Origin: Octopus sinensis
Taxonomy: Eukaryota
Direction of reading: 5' to 3'
Assembly: GCF_006345805.1 (NCBI RefSeq)
Contig: NC_043013.1
Coordinates: 43,524,001 to 43,588,000, forward strand
Length of the DNA stretch: 64,000 nt
Shown here: positions 21,602 through 35,233 of the stretch, piece by piece
Layout: each line of letters starts with the position of its first letter
Numbering within the stretch: the first letter of the stretch is position 1
Translations under genes and position numbers: made by a program
Notes under the pieces: model-generated
Databases searched by the model: none
What the model saw: only the letters and a program-made list of their open reading frames with translations
Told to the model about the DNA's origin: nothing

Positions 21602-23458
21602 GTAAGTAGGTTGTTAGAAACACTAGAGCAGAACAGCAAAAGTTCTTCAAAGAAGCATCCCAACCACATGCAATTGTTTTGATCCTTGTCTCCTTACACG
21701 CTAAGGGGGCTGCATCTAGATTACAACACATGAAAATCTCTCTGCTGTCACATTTGTGTTACTATTGCGTTTTAACCTGCACCTTCTCGGCTAACTGACC
21801 CAAAATACCAGCTCGGTCTGAGTCAATGGATCAGAAGCAAGTTTGAATGTTAAGCAGTAACACCCGTATCGATTGAAATACGTCAATACAGAATTTAAAT
21901 TTTGAAATTCGTTTATCATTTATAAGTTTTATAACCAAATAAAATCTCAAAGAGTTTCGTCCTCCTCAAAACTCAACAACAGTCGTTAAGGAAACTGTTT
22001 ACTTTCGGTAAAAATGAAGTTTAATCCTCAACCATAAATGTAGTTTTGGGTTTGAAATGGCATCTAAATATTTTTTTTTTAATTTTAGAGTTGTGTAGTT
22101 ATAAAGAAATGTCTGTATTACAACATTTTTCTTTCTTTCTATGTATTATATTATCGAATAAAATGCCTCGACTTTCTTAATCGCTTCCCAACCAATTACT
22201 GCTGACACTTCCTGTCAAAGGTCGCGTGTCAATAAGCTTTATTTGATAGTTTTATTCTACTTTTCATGTAAGTAGTCACATCTGTCTATAGCAGCTTCTG
22301 ATAACTAAGGTTTTTTTGTTTTTTATTCTTGTTCTTTTATGGCAAGCGGGAAAACAATAAAGTAACTTCATAATTGATTCCACGTACATTACATTAAAAG
22401 AACTAATAAAAGGCGTACTTGTTGCTTGGCAACACTTGTTGTCATTCCCATCGTCATTGTCATTAATCATTAATCATTATCATCGACAACAACACAATTG
22501 TTATTGAAAAAAGAATTAAGCAGGTGATATACATTTTCAAGTTTGTTTCCTTCTTGATTCGCTATTCCTATTCCCATCGTCATCGTCATCATCATCATCA
22601 TCATGAAGATCACTACAGTTATCATCAGTACCACAATCATACCGTACTATTAATGATGCGGTTAAGTGTTCCCAGGTCAGCAATGATCGAGCACAGTGAT
22701 AATCGGTCAAACGACAAGTCGCGATCCAGACATGTTTTCTCAATTATGACATGTGTCGGCCTAACTGATGTTCATTCTACATTCCCATTCTATACATATA
22801 CAATGATGAATCGTATGTGGTGCATTCCGCCAGTCTGTACATTTTGTATTCTCTCCATTGTCCAGTTTATTTCCGTACATCCGTAGATTAAGGCGGTGGC
22901 AGGTAGGGTGGTCTCGGGCAGAGAGCGACAGTTGCATTTCCTTTGCATTTATTCTTGGTGGGGTGCATCCCATCGCAGTGTTTGAGAGCAATGAGGCTAT
23001 TCATGTAATTATTTTTGTATGTATGCTCCCGTTATGCTTGTCCCAACTGAGTGAAAAGCAGTTTTAGTGGGTATTCTGGTGTTCTATATTGTCTGTGTGC
23101 TTGGATATAGATTGTTTATATATGAAAAAACTACTGGAGGGCTGGAGTAAACTGCAGTAGTAATCCGTGCTCCTGGCAGCTCTAGATGGTCTTTCATTTT
23201 TAGTGTTTTTATTCCATTGCATAGGTGACCTGTGGATGTCATGTGTACAACCATGTTATGTTGCGTAGTGCGTAGTTTTGTGTTATTTGTAGTTTGTGGT
23301 GGTTTGTTTAGGAGAAGCTGAGGAGATGGATCTGTAATATTGTTTGATATCATTATTTGAGACACTGCAGAGGCAGTGATGGGGATGGTGATGACTTTAG
23401 ACATTTATGAAGAACTTTGATCTTCTGTTTCAGCTAGAGGCTAACTCTGCGCACAATA

Positions 23459-23572
23459 ATGCCCTCGGACCTGGTTGGTAAATGGAGAGTGTCTTTAGCT
23501 GATGGTGTACATGACTTAGAATTTGAACATGGAACAACTTCTGGCAAAAGGGTTGTTCGCGTTGACGGGAAG
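23459..23572 (+). CDS. FAIM: FAIM (Fas apoptotic inhibitory molecule) coding exon 1
   Basis: MPSDLVGKWRVSLADGVHDLEFEHGTTSGKRVVRVDGK contains the FAIM signature EFEHGTTSGKRVV; donor AAG|GTAAGA; acceptor at 23433. Confidence 0.96.
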
Positions 23573-23642
23573 GTAAGAGAACATTTCTTTCATTGCTCTT
23601 CACCATTCACACACACACACACACACCACCACCACCACCACC

Positions 23643-23673
<31 letters not shown>

Positions 23674-25376
23674 TACATACACATACATGCATATGTCAAC
23701 TGTGATACATTGTGCAAGCTCTTCCAGGAAACTTTCAGGTCAACTATTATGAAAAGTTTGACCTGACAGAGCTATTGAGAGCCAATGAAGGGAACCTCTA
23801 TATATGATCGATCCTGCTAGAAATATCAACTCAGTCTACTTCAAATTATTCTCTGCTATCTTTAAAAATAAATGTAGCATGGATTAGAAATTGCATTTTG
23901 CTACCTACATATTTCAAATCATAATTCAACCACCATTTGATCATGTGCACAATCAAGATCTTGTCCAATCAACAACCGTTGTTCACATGATAGTTCTTTA
24001 GCATGTCTGGAACATTCCTTGAGCACAGCTTATAAATACTGTCAATAAAGGCTCCAATTTTGCAGAGTGATGAGACATTCAAGCTGGTATTTCATTCTCC
24101 ATTCTCGCCAATTTCAGTGTGTCTTTGGTCAAGCTTAAAATTGCACAATCACTACAGCTGTTTCAACAGTTGCATACTCAGTCATACTCAATCGAGGATA
24201 TCAAAGAAATAGACACGACACAGCACCTGTATATTTGCTTCAAACAGAATTCCCTTGCTTGTCATATTATGCTATTTCCACCTTACTGCTTCTATATTTT
24301 AATTTTATTGCATGGACATCTTTCCCAGCTTACAGAGTGCAATCAATCATATTTAAATGCTTGTGCAGTGTTGTATAATTACTACACGAATTTTTTGTTA
24401 ACTATTCAAAAATACAGTCCAGCAATATTGGCACACAAATACCCCTAGCAACTAATGATCACTTCCAATGCTAGAAATGGCAGTCAACACAAGGAACAAC
24501 AGATTCATTGGATAGTTAAGATGGTAACTTAGTTTCATATGGGGACAACACAGCCTAAACAAATATCTAATTACCCATCAAAAACCTTTGTTATACCCAT
24601 TGTAGATACATATATGGATCATCCCATAAATAATGTTTTTTTTATATATATTTCTTTTATTTTTCAAAATTAAGATAAAAAAAGTTCTTTTTTTAATATT
24701 TTTAATCTAAAAATGTTCATTAACTCAAAAAGTCACTAAAATGTAAGCCTAAAGACTTAACAAACTTTTTCCTTTTTCTTTTGCCTTTTTCTCCTATTTA
24801 TATTCCTCTAAATCATTCTGACGATGTTGTTAAATGGAAGGAGATAAATGCAAATTTACTTTGATTTGATAAACAGAAACAGCTGTAAATGGTTCTGAAC
24901 TACAATTGAACTATGACCTTTTTTATACCAGCGATCAACTTCTCGTTGTTTATTTTTACTCCATTTCTTTTCTTTTCTATATCTATATATATAAAGCTGA
25001 AGTTGTCTGTGTGTGTGTGGCAGGTTTGGTAGCCTTCAACTAACACTATCTCCTCCGAGACCCTGCCGTGCAAGTTGACCAAAATTTAGAGTATGATAGA
25101 AGAAGGCTTGCTCTTCATTCCGTAGAAGAAAAAATTCAAATCAGACCATGTTAAGACCAAAAATTATTTGCATCAAAAAGATGCTTTTTTTTTTATGAAA
25201 ATCCCTATTTTTTTTTTATTTTTTGACTGCTGTGTTGCCATTTTTCGGTGTATTTCAACCAGGAAAATGTTCACTTAAAGAGAATAACAAGCTACATAAT
25301 GTAAAATTTTTACTTTTCAAAAATTCCAATTCTAAGGGGTCAAAACAAACCTGAACAACGCCGAGCTATACTGCTA

Positions 25377-25423
<47 letters not shown>

Positions 25424-25735
25424 CATCAGCATCATTTAACATCCACTTTATGTATGTATGTATATATATAAATGTATACTCTTTTACACTTTTACTTGTT
25501 TCAGTCATGTGACTGCAGCCATGCTGGAGCACCACCTTTAGTCGAGCAAATCGACCCTGGGACTTATTCTTTGTAAGCCCAGTACTTATTCTATCGGTCT
25601 CTTTTGCCGAACCGCTAAGTATATATGTATCTGCGAGCATATAAAGGTAATTGTTAAAACAAAACTGAGGAGAATATTTTTTTCTTTACATAGGTCATTT
25701 TATCCCTTTTTTTTATTATTTGTTTCTTCCTCCAG

Positions 25736-25958
25736 GAGATTTACCGTGTGGACTGGTTGTTTAAGCTGGTCGGTGGAGTCCAATTCAACATTGGTAAGAC
25801 CAAATGTGTTATTAACATTGATGCATCCAATGGATTCTCTTACCAATACACCTTACAAGTGAATGGACAGGACTATGAAAACTTCATGGAAAACCAACGC
25901 AAAATCATGAAATCATGGATTGTCAACGTTGCCGAGAACCCTATCAGAATTACCCTCG
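25736..25958 (+). CDS. FAIM: FAIM coding exon 2
   Basis: EIYRVDWLFKLVGGVQFNIGKTKCVINIDASNGFSYQYTLQVNGQ...RITL; CAG/GTGAGT; 223 nt phase 0/1. Confidence 0.95.
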
Positions 25959-25974
25959 GTGAGTAATTTCGTCT

Positions 25975-26345
25975 GTTGCTTGTTTTGGTCATTGGACTGC
26001 AGCCATGCTGGGGCACTGCCTTGAAGGGTTTAGTCAAACAAATTGACCCCTGTATTTATTTTTTTAAGGCTGGTACTTATGCTATCAGTCTCTTTTTGAC
26101 AAACCACTTAGTTATGGAAACATAAACAAATTAACACACAGTTGTCAAACAGTGGGCAGGGCCAGGCACCATGACAAAGACATACACGCAAACAGATATG
26201 ATGGGCTTCTTACAGTTTCCATCTACCAAATCCACTCACAAGGCTTTGGTCAACCCAGGGCTATAGTAGAAGACACAGGCCCAGAGTGAAATTGAACCCA
26301 AAACCATGTGGTTTGAAAGCAAGTTTCTTACCACAGAGCTATGTA
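25975..26345 (-). mobile_element. SINE family A, diverged
   Basis: Homology to 18994-19406. Confidence 0.7.
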
Positions 26346-26614
26346 TGTTCCTATTTGTTTAAAATTATTTTTCATCTTTTTCCTGTATGCAAGGAAATAC
26401 AGTGAGAGTTGGTTGTTCTTTCTAGCAGATCAAGTGATCACGTAGTGGTTCTCTTTGCCTTGGGCTCTCATGTCGATGCTGAAAAAATGTAATCTCATTG
26501 CTATTCACGCAGCAACAAGATTTCAAATGAAATTTCATTTCAAATAGGAACACTTTAGTATGGCTTTAGAGCAAATTGGTATTAAATATCTAATTAAATA
26601 ATTAGAGTTATTGA

Positions 26615-26820
26615 TTGGCCTCCGTGCCGGTGGCACATAAAAAGCACCCACTACACTCACGGTGCGGTTGGCATTAGGAAGGGCATCCAGCTGTAAAAAC
26701 ATTGCCAGATCAGACTGGGTCTGGTGCAGCCTTCTGGCTTCCCAGACCCCAGTTGAACCATCCAACCCATGCTAGCATGGAAAGTGGACACTAAACGATG
26801 ATGATGGTGATGATGATGAT
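26615..26820 (+). mobile_element. 5'-truncated RTE 3' UTR copy
   Basis: UTR homology ending in (GAT)n. Confidence 0.75.
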
Positions 26821-27599
26821 TCAATTTTGATACAGCATAGTGTGATTTCTGCTCACGTTCAGGAGAGAGAGAGAGAATGAATTAAACGTATCTCCAAGAT
26901 AATAGACAAGTGAAGGTGCATGGCTTAGTGGTTAGGGTGTCAGCATCATGATCGTAAGATTGTGGTTTTGATTCTTGGACCGGGCGACACATTGCATTCT
27001 TGAGCAAAACACTTCATTTCACATTGCTCCAGTCCACTCAGCTGGCAAAAATGAGTAATATTGCGATGGACTGGTGTCCCATCCAGCTGGGAACATATAC
27101 GCCATTGAAACTGGGAAACCAGGCCCATGAGCCTGGCTAGGAGTTCAAATTCCACCGAGGTCGACTTTGCCTTTCATCCTTTCGGTGTCGATAAATTAAG
27201 TACCAGTTACACCCTGGTGTCGATGTAATCGACTTAATCCCTTTGTCTGTCCTTGTTTGTCCCCTGTATGTTTAGCCCCTTGTGGGCAATAAAGAAATAA
27301 GAAATGTGTGGTATATTTTTAGCTATATGATCCTGTAGTCACAGCTTGACATTTGGCCAACTACGTACATATTATTGTTAGGGGCATAGCTAGAGTATGT
27401 ACCACCCAAAGTTACCCCTGAGTTTTTATCCCCCACCCCCTCTCTATACAGCTTATTCAGCAGAATCTCAAAAGTGCCACCCTCATAAAAGCATCACACA
27501 AGACAGACTATCCCACCACCACCAGCTACACTGCAGGCCATTGGTCTGCTCGATCGGAATTCTCCTGATGCTTCACACCAACAAGTATAAACAATGATG

Positions 27600-27935
27600 T
27601 AATCTACACCTTGACCTGTATGTCCACATCCAGGGCTTCATCACTCCTGAAGGAGAAACCCCTCCGTGCACTCCTTCCACTGTTGTCTGTCTCTGGCCAG
27701 TCATGGCCATGTAGGCCCCAGGCAATGGGGCTTACATGATGAGATCATCTCACCATCTTGTCTTTGGTTGGTCTCTTGGTCATGTCCATTGTCTTGATGT
27801 CCACTCCATCCCTCTTGTTGTCCATCTGTTATCCTTTGGTCGCACGATGTGACCAGCCCATCTATACTTGCTCTTACAATGTTGTTGACTCTTGTTACGC
27901 TGTTGGTTCCACAATGGGGCCTGTATGTCACATGA
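27600..27935 (-). mobile_element. Degenerate RTE/RTE-X-type LINE C-terminal fragment
   Basis: Minus-strand translation KYRWAGHIVRPKDNRWTTRGMEWT...PKTRW with stops. Confidence 0.6.
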
Positions 27936-27974
27936 TTAAAATACCAAGATTTCCTTTTGTTTTCGTAATTTCAG

Positions 27975-28024
27975 AAAAGGACACTCTTGAAATCTGGATC
28001 AATGGAGAAAAAGCCAACACAACA
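27975..28024 (+). CDS. FAIM: FAIM coding exon 3
   Basis: EKDTLEIWINGEKANTT; tttcag/GTTAGT; phase 1/0. Confidence 0.93.
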
Positions 28025-28544
28025 GTTAGTATTGCTTTAGTATTTTTCATGACTTTTCCATGTTCTCTTTCTGTCAAATGTGAAAGCTCTGCAAAGGCTG
28101 GAGAGAAAAGAGTCGTGTGTAATCCATTGCATGTATCAGGTTGACCTTCATGAGAGGTGGACAACACACTAACTGAAGAGATAGATATTAATGTTATCAG
28201 CTAATTTGTTCAGAAGATATAGCTACAACAGTATGGATATGTTATGATAGAGCACTAAAATCTGTTTGAGATTTTTGATAAAAAAAAAAGTTTATTCTTA
28301 TAAACAAAAAAATCTTATTATTACTATGAACAACAAACACAGAAATAGTTTGAAGCTTATTGTTCTTGGACTAAGTATGATAGTAGTAGTTGTCAAGATA
28401 TTAGCTGGTCATTGTGTGTTGTGGTCACCATCTGTCCATTGTTTTTGTGTTGTCACAGCACTCTGGCCAGCTGGTGCTTCTGCTATTGTTTTTTGTGTTC
28501 GGTCTGATATCTCTCATCTGGCTCAGAAAAAGCACTCCAATTTT

Positions 28545-28660
28545 TGCTAGACCCGGTTTCACAGGACGGCATGATATGTCCTATCCGTAAGGGAGATAGC
28601 AGAGTGGATGGCTAAAAATTATAGACCTGTCTTTCTCACCTCCAATGTCAGTAAAGTCAG
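28545..28660 (+). mobile_element. Degenerate CR1/L2-type RT fragment
   Basis: ICPIRKGDSRVD/KNYRPVFLTSNVSKV across a frameshift. Confidence 0.55.
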
Positions 28661-29014
28661 ATGTTGGTAATATTCTAGCAAATCACAATCCTTTTCTTGA
28701 TTTGTATTTTTCTACAAAAGATATAATGATCTGGATTCGGTTACTAAATATTCCTGCTACAGATATGTCCACCACATGGTCAAGTACTTGTTGCAATGTG
28801 GTAGTTTGAATGCCTCAGTGACCTTGAGAGTTATGTCAGTGGAGCACCAGCTGCTGGTAGGACCTCCCATGCTGGACAGATCAAAGGATAGGGGCCAGAA
28901 CAAATACAGACCACCTCTTCCCAGAGGGTTTGTAACAAGAAGGGTATCTGCTTGTAGAAAACCTGCCTCAGCAAATTCTCTCTGACCCATGAAAGCATGG
29001 AAAAGTGAACATTA

Positions 29015-29260
29015 AATCTTTAGCATTTAAACTGGCTAAATCCGGCCAAAATATTTTGCCTGTTTTGTGTTCAAATATTTTGCCTGTTTTGTGTCCAAAC
29101 TGTCCAGATCTGGCCTCTGTCACCTACCCTACAATGTTGTTCTAAAACAGACATTCACATCATTGAAATTTTAAATTTATATGAAAATACATGCCTAATT
29201 CAAAACCATGTGAATAAATAAGCATTACATTCGACTGAGTAATCTGAATTCTAAAAGACT
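29015..29260 (+). mobile_element. piggyBac-like MITE copy with degenerate ends
   Basis: Body homologous to 62962-63190. Confidence 0.55.
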
Positions 29261-29381
29261 TAAACAATATTGATGATGGCAATTCGGAGAAAAGTAAAAA
29301 CAGTATTTAACGCAATAGTTTCCTGTCATGTTTAAAAAGAAAATTTAAGCTTAACAATGTTTCATTCTTTGTCTACTTCAG

Positions 29382-29540
29382 GCAGAATTTGTGGATGGTG
29401 GAACAGAGACACATTTCGAAATTTGCGACCATTCTGCATACATCCGAGCGTCAAGTAGTGGCAATCGTAGGTCTGGTATTGTTTATACTCTGTTTGTGGA
29501 TGAGCAAGAAATAGCTCCAGTCAGCCTTGACGATACGTAA
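29382..29540 (+). CDS. FAIM: FAIM coding exon 4 with stop
   Basis: AEFVDGGTETHFEICDHSAYIRASSSGNRRSGIVYTLFVDEQEIAPVSLDDT*; total 181 aa; intron positions match those I recall for vertebrate FAIM. Confidence 0.95.
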   Translation, partial: AEFVDGGTETHFEICDHSAYIRASSSGNRRSGIVYTLFVDEQEIAPVSLDDT

Positions 29541-29644
29541 TTCATACTGACCTGATGAAGTTTCTTGTACTTCTTTGGTGTGTGTTTGTAATACTGTTTT
29601 TTTTGTCTATTTTGTAATACCAATTTACAATACAAGAAAGAGGA

Positions 29645-29714
29645 TATGAGGATATATATCTATATCTATCTGTATGTGTGTGTATGTATATATATATATA
29701 TATATATATATACA

Positions 29715-29763
<49 letters not shown>

Positions 29764-30097
29764 ATATGAATGTATATATATATATATATATATATATATG
29801 CATGTATATATACATATATATATTCACATTTGTTTTTTCATACGGTTATGTATGTGTGTGTAGCTACATATTTATAATTATAAAACGGACTTCAATTCAA
29901 CTCATTCAGTACCTTTTGTAGACAGTATGCTATATGTTTTGTTTTAACAAGAAAAAATACTTTTTTTCTTTGTAAAATTAATACACACACACAAACAAAC
30001 ACTCACCCATACACATACACATATGTATGCATACATACACAGAGAGTAAGAGCAGGGGGGTCTTTGATCTCTGCCAGTTTTATAGATACACACATAA

Positions 30098-30130
<33 letters not shown>

Positions 30131-30478
30131 ATATATTATATATATATATATACTCTATATGTACTGTGGAATCTCAGTTTATGAATTTGATTAATTCCTG
30201 AAGGCTGTTGTTTATCACTGAAATGATCGTAAACCGAAACCGTTTCTCCCATACGAAATTGAAGAGAAGGCACAATGAATTCAAGTAAGGACGTGCACCG
30301 AGAGAAAAGCTAGACAGCAACTGATGCTCTCTCTCTCGCTGATGCTCCAAGCTTGTCACAGACCATTGTTGACAGCTTGTATTTTCTTACTTGAGACACC
30401 ATTTTATGTTTGAAGAATTGATTATGATGAGAGGCATTCATAAACCAAGGTCCCACTGTTTGTATGTGTATGTGTGTG

Positions 30479-30564
<86 letters not shown>

Positions 30565-30597
30565 ATTATATATATATATATATGTATATATATATAC

Positions 30598-30649
<52 letters not shown>

Positions 30650-30765
30650 GTATATATGTGTGTGTGTGTGTATATATATATGTATATATTATATATATAT
30701 GTGTGTGTGTATATATATATGTATGTGTATGTATATATATATATTATATATATATATATATATCA
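29645..30765. repeat. (TA)n/(TG)n microsatellite tracts (source of spurious YI-repeat ORFs)
   Basis: Direct inspection. Confidence 0.9.
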
Positions 30766-31483
30766 ATAATAATAAAGGGTAAAATTAATTAATCAAGTAG
30801 TTCGGTATGTTAAAAGAACTATTATCGGTAACCTTATACAAAGAATTCTATAATTATAAGCATAATTATAATTAGGGTTTAGCAAAATTGCTTCACCGCA
30901 TACCGAAATTTAGAAATAGCAGTTAAATACTATTCCACAACCATAAGATATCTCCCAGACAGCAATATTCCCAACTCACGCAGGTAAAGAGAAAAAATAA
31001 CGAATCCACTCGGCTTTGATCAACTATATACGCGTTTCTGGATTAAAGAGATGTAAAATTACTTTTACTCACTTATTTCCGTCTTCAATATAGTATTTCA
31101 ATTATAAGTTTGGGAGTACTAATAATTAAAATATGTATTTGACCAAGCGCCATCGAATAGTTTATACCCAAAAACCAGTACATATGTATATATACATACA
31201 TATATATATATATCACGTGATCAATGACTGACCAGGCTATCAGATGTTGCTACACATCGCTGGTCACAATGCATTTCGCTGGCTAAGTGATCAGGCCAAC
31301 AGAAGAAAGAGTGAGAGAAAGCTGTGGCGAAAGAGTACAGCAGGGATCACCACCACCCCTGCCGGAGACTCATGGAGCTTTTAGGTGTTTATGCTCAATA
31401 AACACTCACAACGCCCAGTCTGGGAATCGAAACCGCAATCCTATGACCACGAGTCCGCTGCCTTAACCACTGGGCCATTGCGC

Positions 31484-31526
<43 letters not shown>

Positions 31527-31669
31527 TATATATATATATATATATAAAATATAATGAAGAAAATGCTTTGAGAACTTTATCATGATAAAAATAACTATAT
31601 CTGCATTTTTAACTAGGCAACTACTGTTTTCGATTGCTTCTAAAAGACAGTATGGTCATGCTGATATCT

Positions 31670-32085
31670 CTCTTACTCTTTTACTTGTTTCAGTCATTTG
31701 ACTGCGGCCATGCTGGAGCACCACCTTTAGTCGAGCAAATCGACCCCGGGACTTATTCTTTGTAAGCCCAGTACTTATTATATCGGTCTCTTTTGTCGAA
31801 CTGCTAAGTGATGGGGACGTAAACGCACCAGCATCGGTTGTCAAGCAATGCTAGGGGGACAAACACAGACACACAAATACGCACACACATACATACATAT
31901 ATATATATACATATATACGACGGGCTTCTTTCAGTTTCCGTCTACCAAATCCACTCACAAGGCTTTGGTCGGACCGAGGCTATAGTAGAAGACACTTGCC
32001 CAAGATGCCACGCAGTGGGACTGAACCCGGAACCATGTGGTTGGTAAGCAAGCTACTTACCACACAGCCACTCCTATGCCTATAG
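31670..32085 (-). mobile_element. SINE family A
   Basis: Homology to 18994-19406. Confidence 0.8.
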
Positions 32086-32299
32086 CCACTCCTACGCCTA
32101 TAGGAGATAAATTAAATTGAAATAAATTACATCAAATTAATCTTTTGTAATATCAGGTCTGGGAGTTCATATGTTTGTCTTATGAAGATTTGTTATTTAA
32201 TGTTTTTAGAGAAGCATAAAATGAACCTCCGTTAAATCATTTTGATTGAAAATTAATAATGCCAGTAATTAGATACGTTGGCAGATATTTGAATTTTCG

Positions 32300-32555
32300 T
32301 CATCATCATCATCATCGTTTAATGTCCGTTTTCCATGCTAGCATGGGTTGGACGGTTCAACTGGGGTCTGAGAAGCCAGGAGGCTGCACCAGGCTCCAGT
32401 CTGATCTGGCAGTGTTTCTACAGCTGGATGCCCTTCCTAACGCCAACCACTCCATGAGTGTAGTGGGTGCTTTTTACGTGCCACCAGCACAGTGCCAGGC
32501 GAGGCTAGCAACAACCATGATCAGTTGGTGGTTTTTACGTGCCACCGGCACACCA
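32300..32555 (-). mobile_element. 5'-truncated RTE 3' UTR copy
   Basis: (CAT)n tail plus UTR homology. Confidence 0.75.
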
Positions 32556-33264
32556 CATATACATTAGAGTAATCTTGATTAAAATTTTCCTAGTGTTATG
32601 ACTCTAAGTTTCTTACAACATTCATCTTCAGATAGTGTCTGGTGAAACCTGAAGACCATCTTTTCAGGAAACTCTTGAAATAACATGCAATCATGACTGT
32701 TATTCAAATTAGCGCTTTAAATAATTATAAACCTTTGATAGATATTTGTTTAGTAATAAGAGAACTTTGTACAATTTCTTGACAACTCTCAAAGCATTCT
32801 GACCTCAGTAGGTTAATTTTTCTTGTGTTTAGCTGTAAAGAGAGAGCTTTGAGTTTTGAGAAGGCCTAATATAAAATTGGTCAACAGGAACCATAAATGT
32901 ATGTTATATGCTTATGTACAAAGCCATGCACACACATACACACACTTACACAATATATACATGCACATATATATGTGTGTGTGTGTGTATGTATGTATAT
33001 TATTAAGGTGGCTATTCGGAATTTACAACCAAAAGGCACAAGTACAAACCTCACTAAAGAGACTAAGGATGCAAGTCAGCACTGGCATTGCTAGAAATAA
33101 CAGCCAAAACAACTCTTAACCACAGGTAAGCACTTATCTAATGAGTGACAAGGGAGACAAATCCCCTACAACAAGTGAGACAGGGTTGGCAGTGCTCCAG
33201 TATGGTCGCAGTCAAATGGCTGAAACAAGTAAAAGAATAAAAGAATGTGTGTGTGTGTGTATTC

Positions 33265-33695
33265 TTTTATTCTTTTACTTGTTTCACTCATTTGACTGCG
33301 GCCATGCTGGAGCACCGCCTTTTGTTAAATGAATCGACCCCAGGACTTATTCTTTCTAAGCCTAGTACTTATTCTATGTGTCTCTTTTTGACGAACTGCT
33401 AAGTTACGGGGACATAAACACACCAGCATCGGTTGTCAAGTGACAGTGGGGGGACAAACACAGACACACAGACATATACAGACACACATACATTCACCCA
33501 CATACTCACACATACACACATATATACACGTACGATGGGCTTCTTTCAGTTTCCATCTACCAAATCCACTCACATGGCTTTGGTTGGTCCAATGATGTAG
33601 TAGAAGACTCTTGCCCAAGGTGTCACACAGTAGGACTGAACACAAAACCATGTGGTTGGGAAGCAAGCTTCTTACCACACAGCCACTCCTGTGCC
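33265..33695 (-). mobile_element. SINE family A
   Basis: Homology to 18994-19406. Confidence 0.78.
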
Positions 33696-33724
33696 TGTAT
33701 GTGTATTTACTTACACATAAACAC

Positions 33725-33740
33725 AGGCTTGCACATGTAC

Positions 33741-33779
<39 letters not shown>

Positions 33780-33856
33780 GGATAAATATATATATATATA
33801 TATAATATATATGTGTATATATATATATATAAATAATATATATATATATATAAATA

Positions 33857-33888
<32 letters not shown>

Positions 33889-34005
33889 GTATATATATAT
33901 GTATATATATAATGTATATATATATGTAATATATATATATATATATGTGTATATATATATATGTATATATATATATGTATATATATATATGTATATATAT
34001 ATAAT
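33725..34005. repeat. (TA)n microsatellite
   Basis: Direct inspection. Confidence 0.9.
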
Positions 34006-34692
34006 GATAAGAGTAAATAATTTCTATAAAGGCTTTTAAAAAAACCCCAATTATTTACTGGTAGAATTCGGTATGTAAATATAGCCGATTACCGGCAGGA
34101 ACTTCTGTAAAGTTCAGTATATATATTGTATATAAGAAAAAGGGACAGGCAAAACAGTTTGCTTGACCGCATACCGAAAAAATAGAAATAGCAGTCAAGA
34201 ATGCTTATTTCTATCAATATATATATATATATGTGTATATATATATATGTATATATATATACAGATATAGATATACACTCATAAATGAACCATGAAACAT
34301 ATCATATGCACTGTTAAATCTGAGCAATTTTTATTTTGTTTTTAATCACATATCAAATATATTCACACAAATTCTATTTTTCTTGATTGAGAAAAAAATA
34401 TAGGAATTATTTTTTTACTTCTTTTTATTCCCAAATCTACTATTTTTACATATTACTCAATTTTACTTTTCAAAATTTCCAGTTTGTTACAAGGTTGATA
34501 TGAATGTCTTCATTTGTTTTGCCTTGTTTTTTTTTTCTTTTTTCTTTTTTTCAATATTTACGTGTCTATTATATTAAACAATATTGATTCTATTTGTGAA
34601 GTTGACAGAAAAAATTCTAGTCAAATACTGGTTTTTCACCTTAATCACTTGTACCCTATCGTGATATTTCTAACTTCATGCCTAAGTCAAAA

Positions 34693-34736
<44 letters not shown>

Positions 34737-34737
<1 letters not shown>

Positions 34738-35178
34738 TAGTTTTATTTTTATAGCATGCTTTCACTTCACTACCGAGCGCAGCTCTGTGTGCCTTAGGTA
34801 TGTGCTGTGATTTGTTGTGATGCTCTGATGATTATTGTATGGAAAGTGTTCTGCGTAGGATGTGGGCAGTGCCCAGTAGTGCAATTTTCTGTATGTTATA
34901 TGTGTTTGTAAGTCCTGGTGTTTTTGTTATGTATTTGTCTGAATATTTTTTTATCATGCCTAATGCACCTACTATGATAGGAATTGTTTCTCTTTTTAGA
35001 TTCCACATTCTAGTTACCTCTATTTCCAGGTCTTTGTATTTTGAAAGTTTCTCCATTTCTTTTAGAGACACGTTGTCATCTAGAAAGCATTTTTTTTCTT
35101 CATGATCCCTGACAACTATATCTGGTCTGTTGGCCTTAATTTCTCTATCTGTGTGTATTGGCATATCCCAGAGTATTA

Positions 35179-35185
<7 letters not shown>
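34737..35185 (-). mobile_element. 5'-truncated R4/Dong-type RLE retrotransposon within (TAA)n
   Basis: ORF 34832-35182 has the PD..D restriction-like endonuclease pattern (NRPDIVV...KYKDL...IIVGALG...GTAHILRR); (ATT)n on both sides. Confidence 0.8.

Positions 35186-35233
<48 letters not shown>

Noticed and set aside
29646-30792. ORFs rich in YI/CV repeats (also at 1371-1925, 60132-60525 and elsewhere)
   Set aside because: Translations of (TA)n/(TG)n microsatellites
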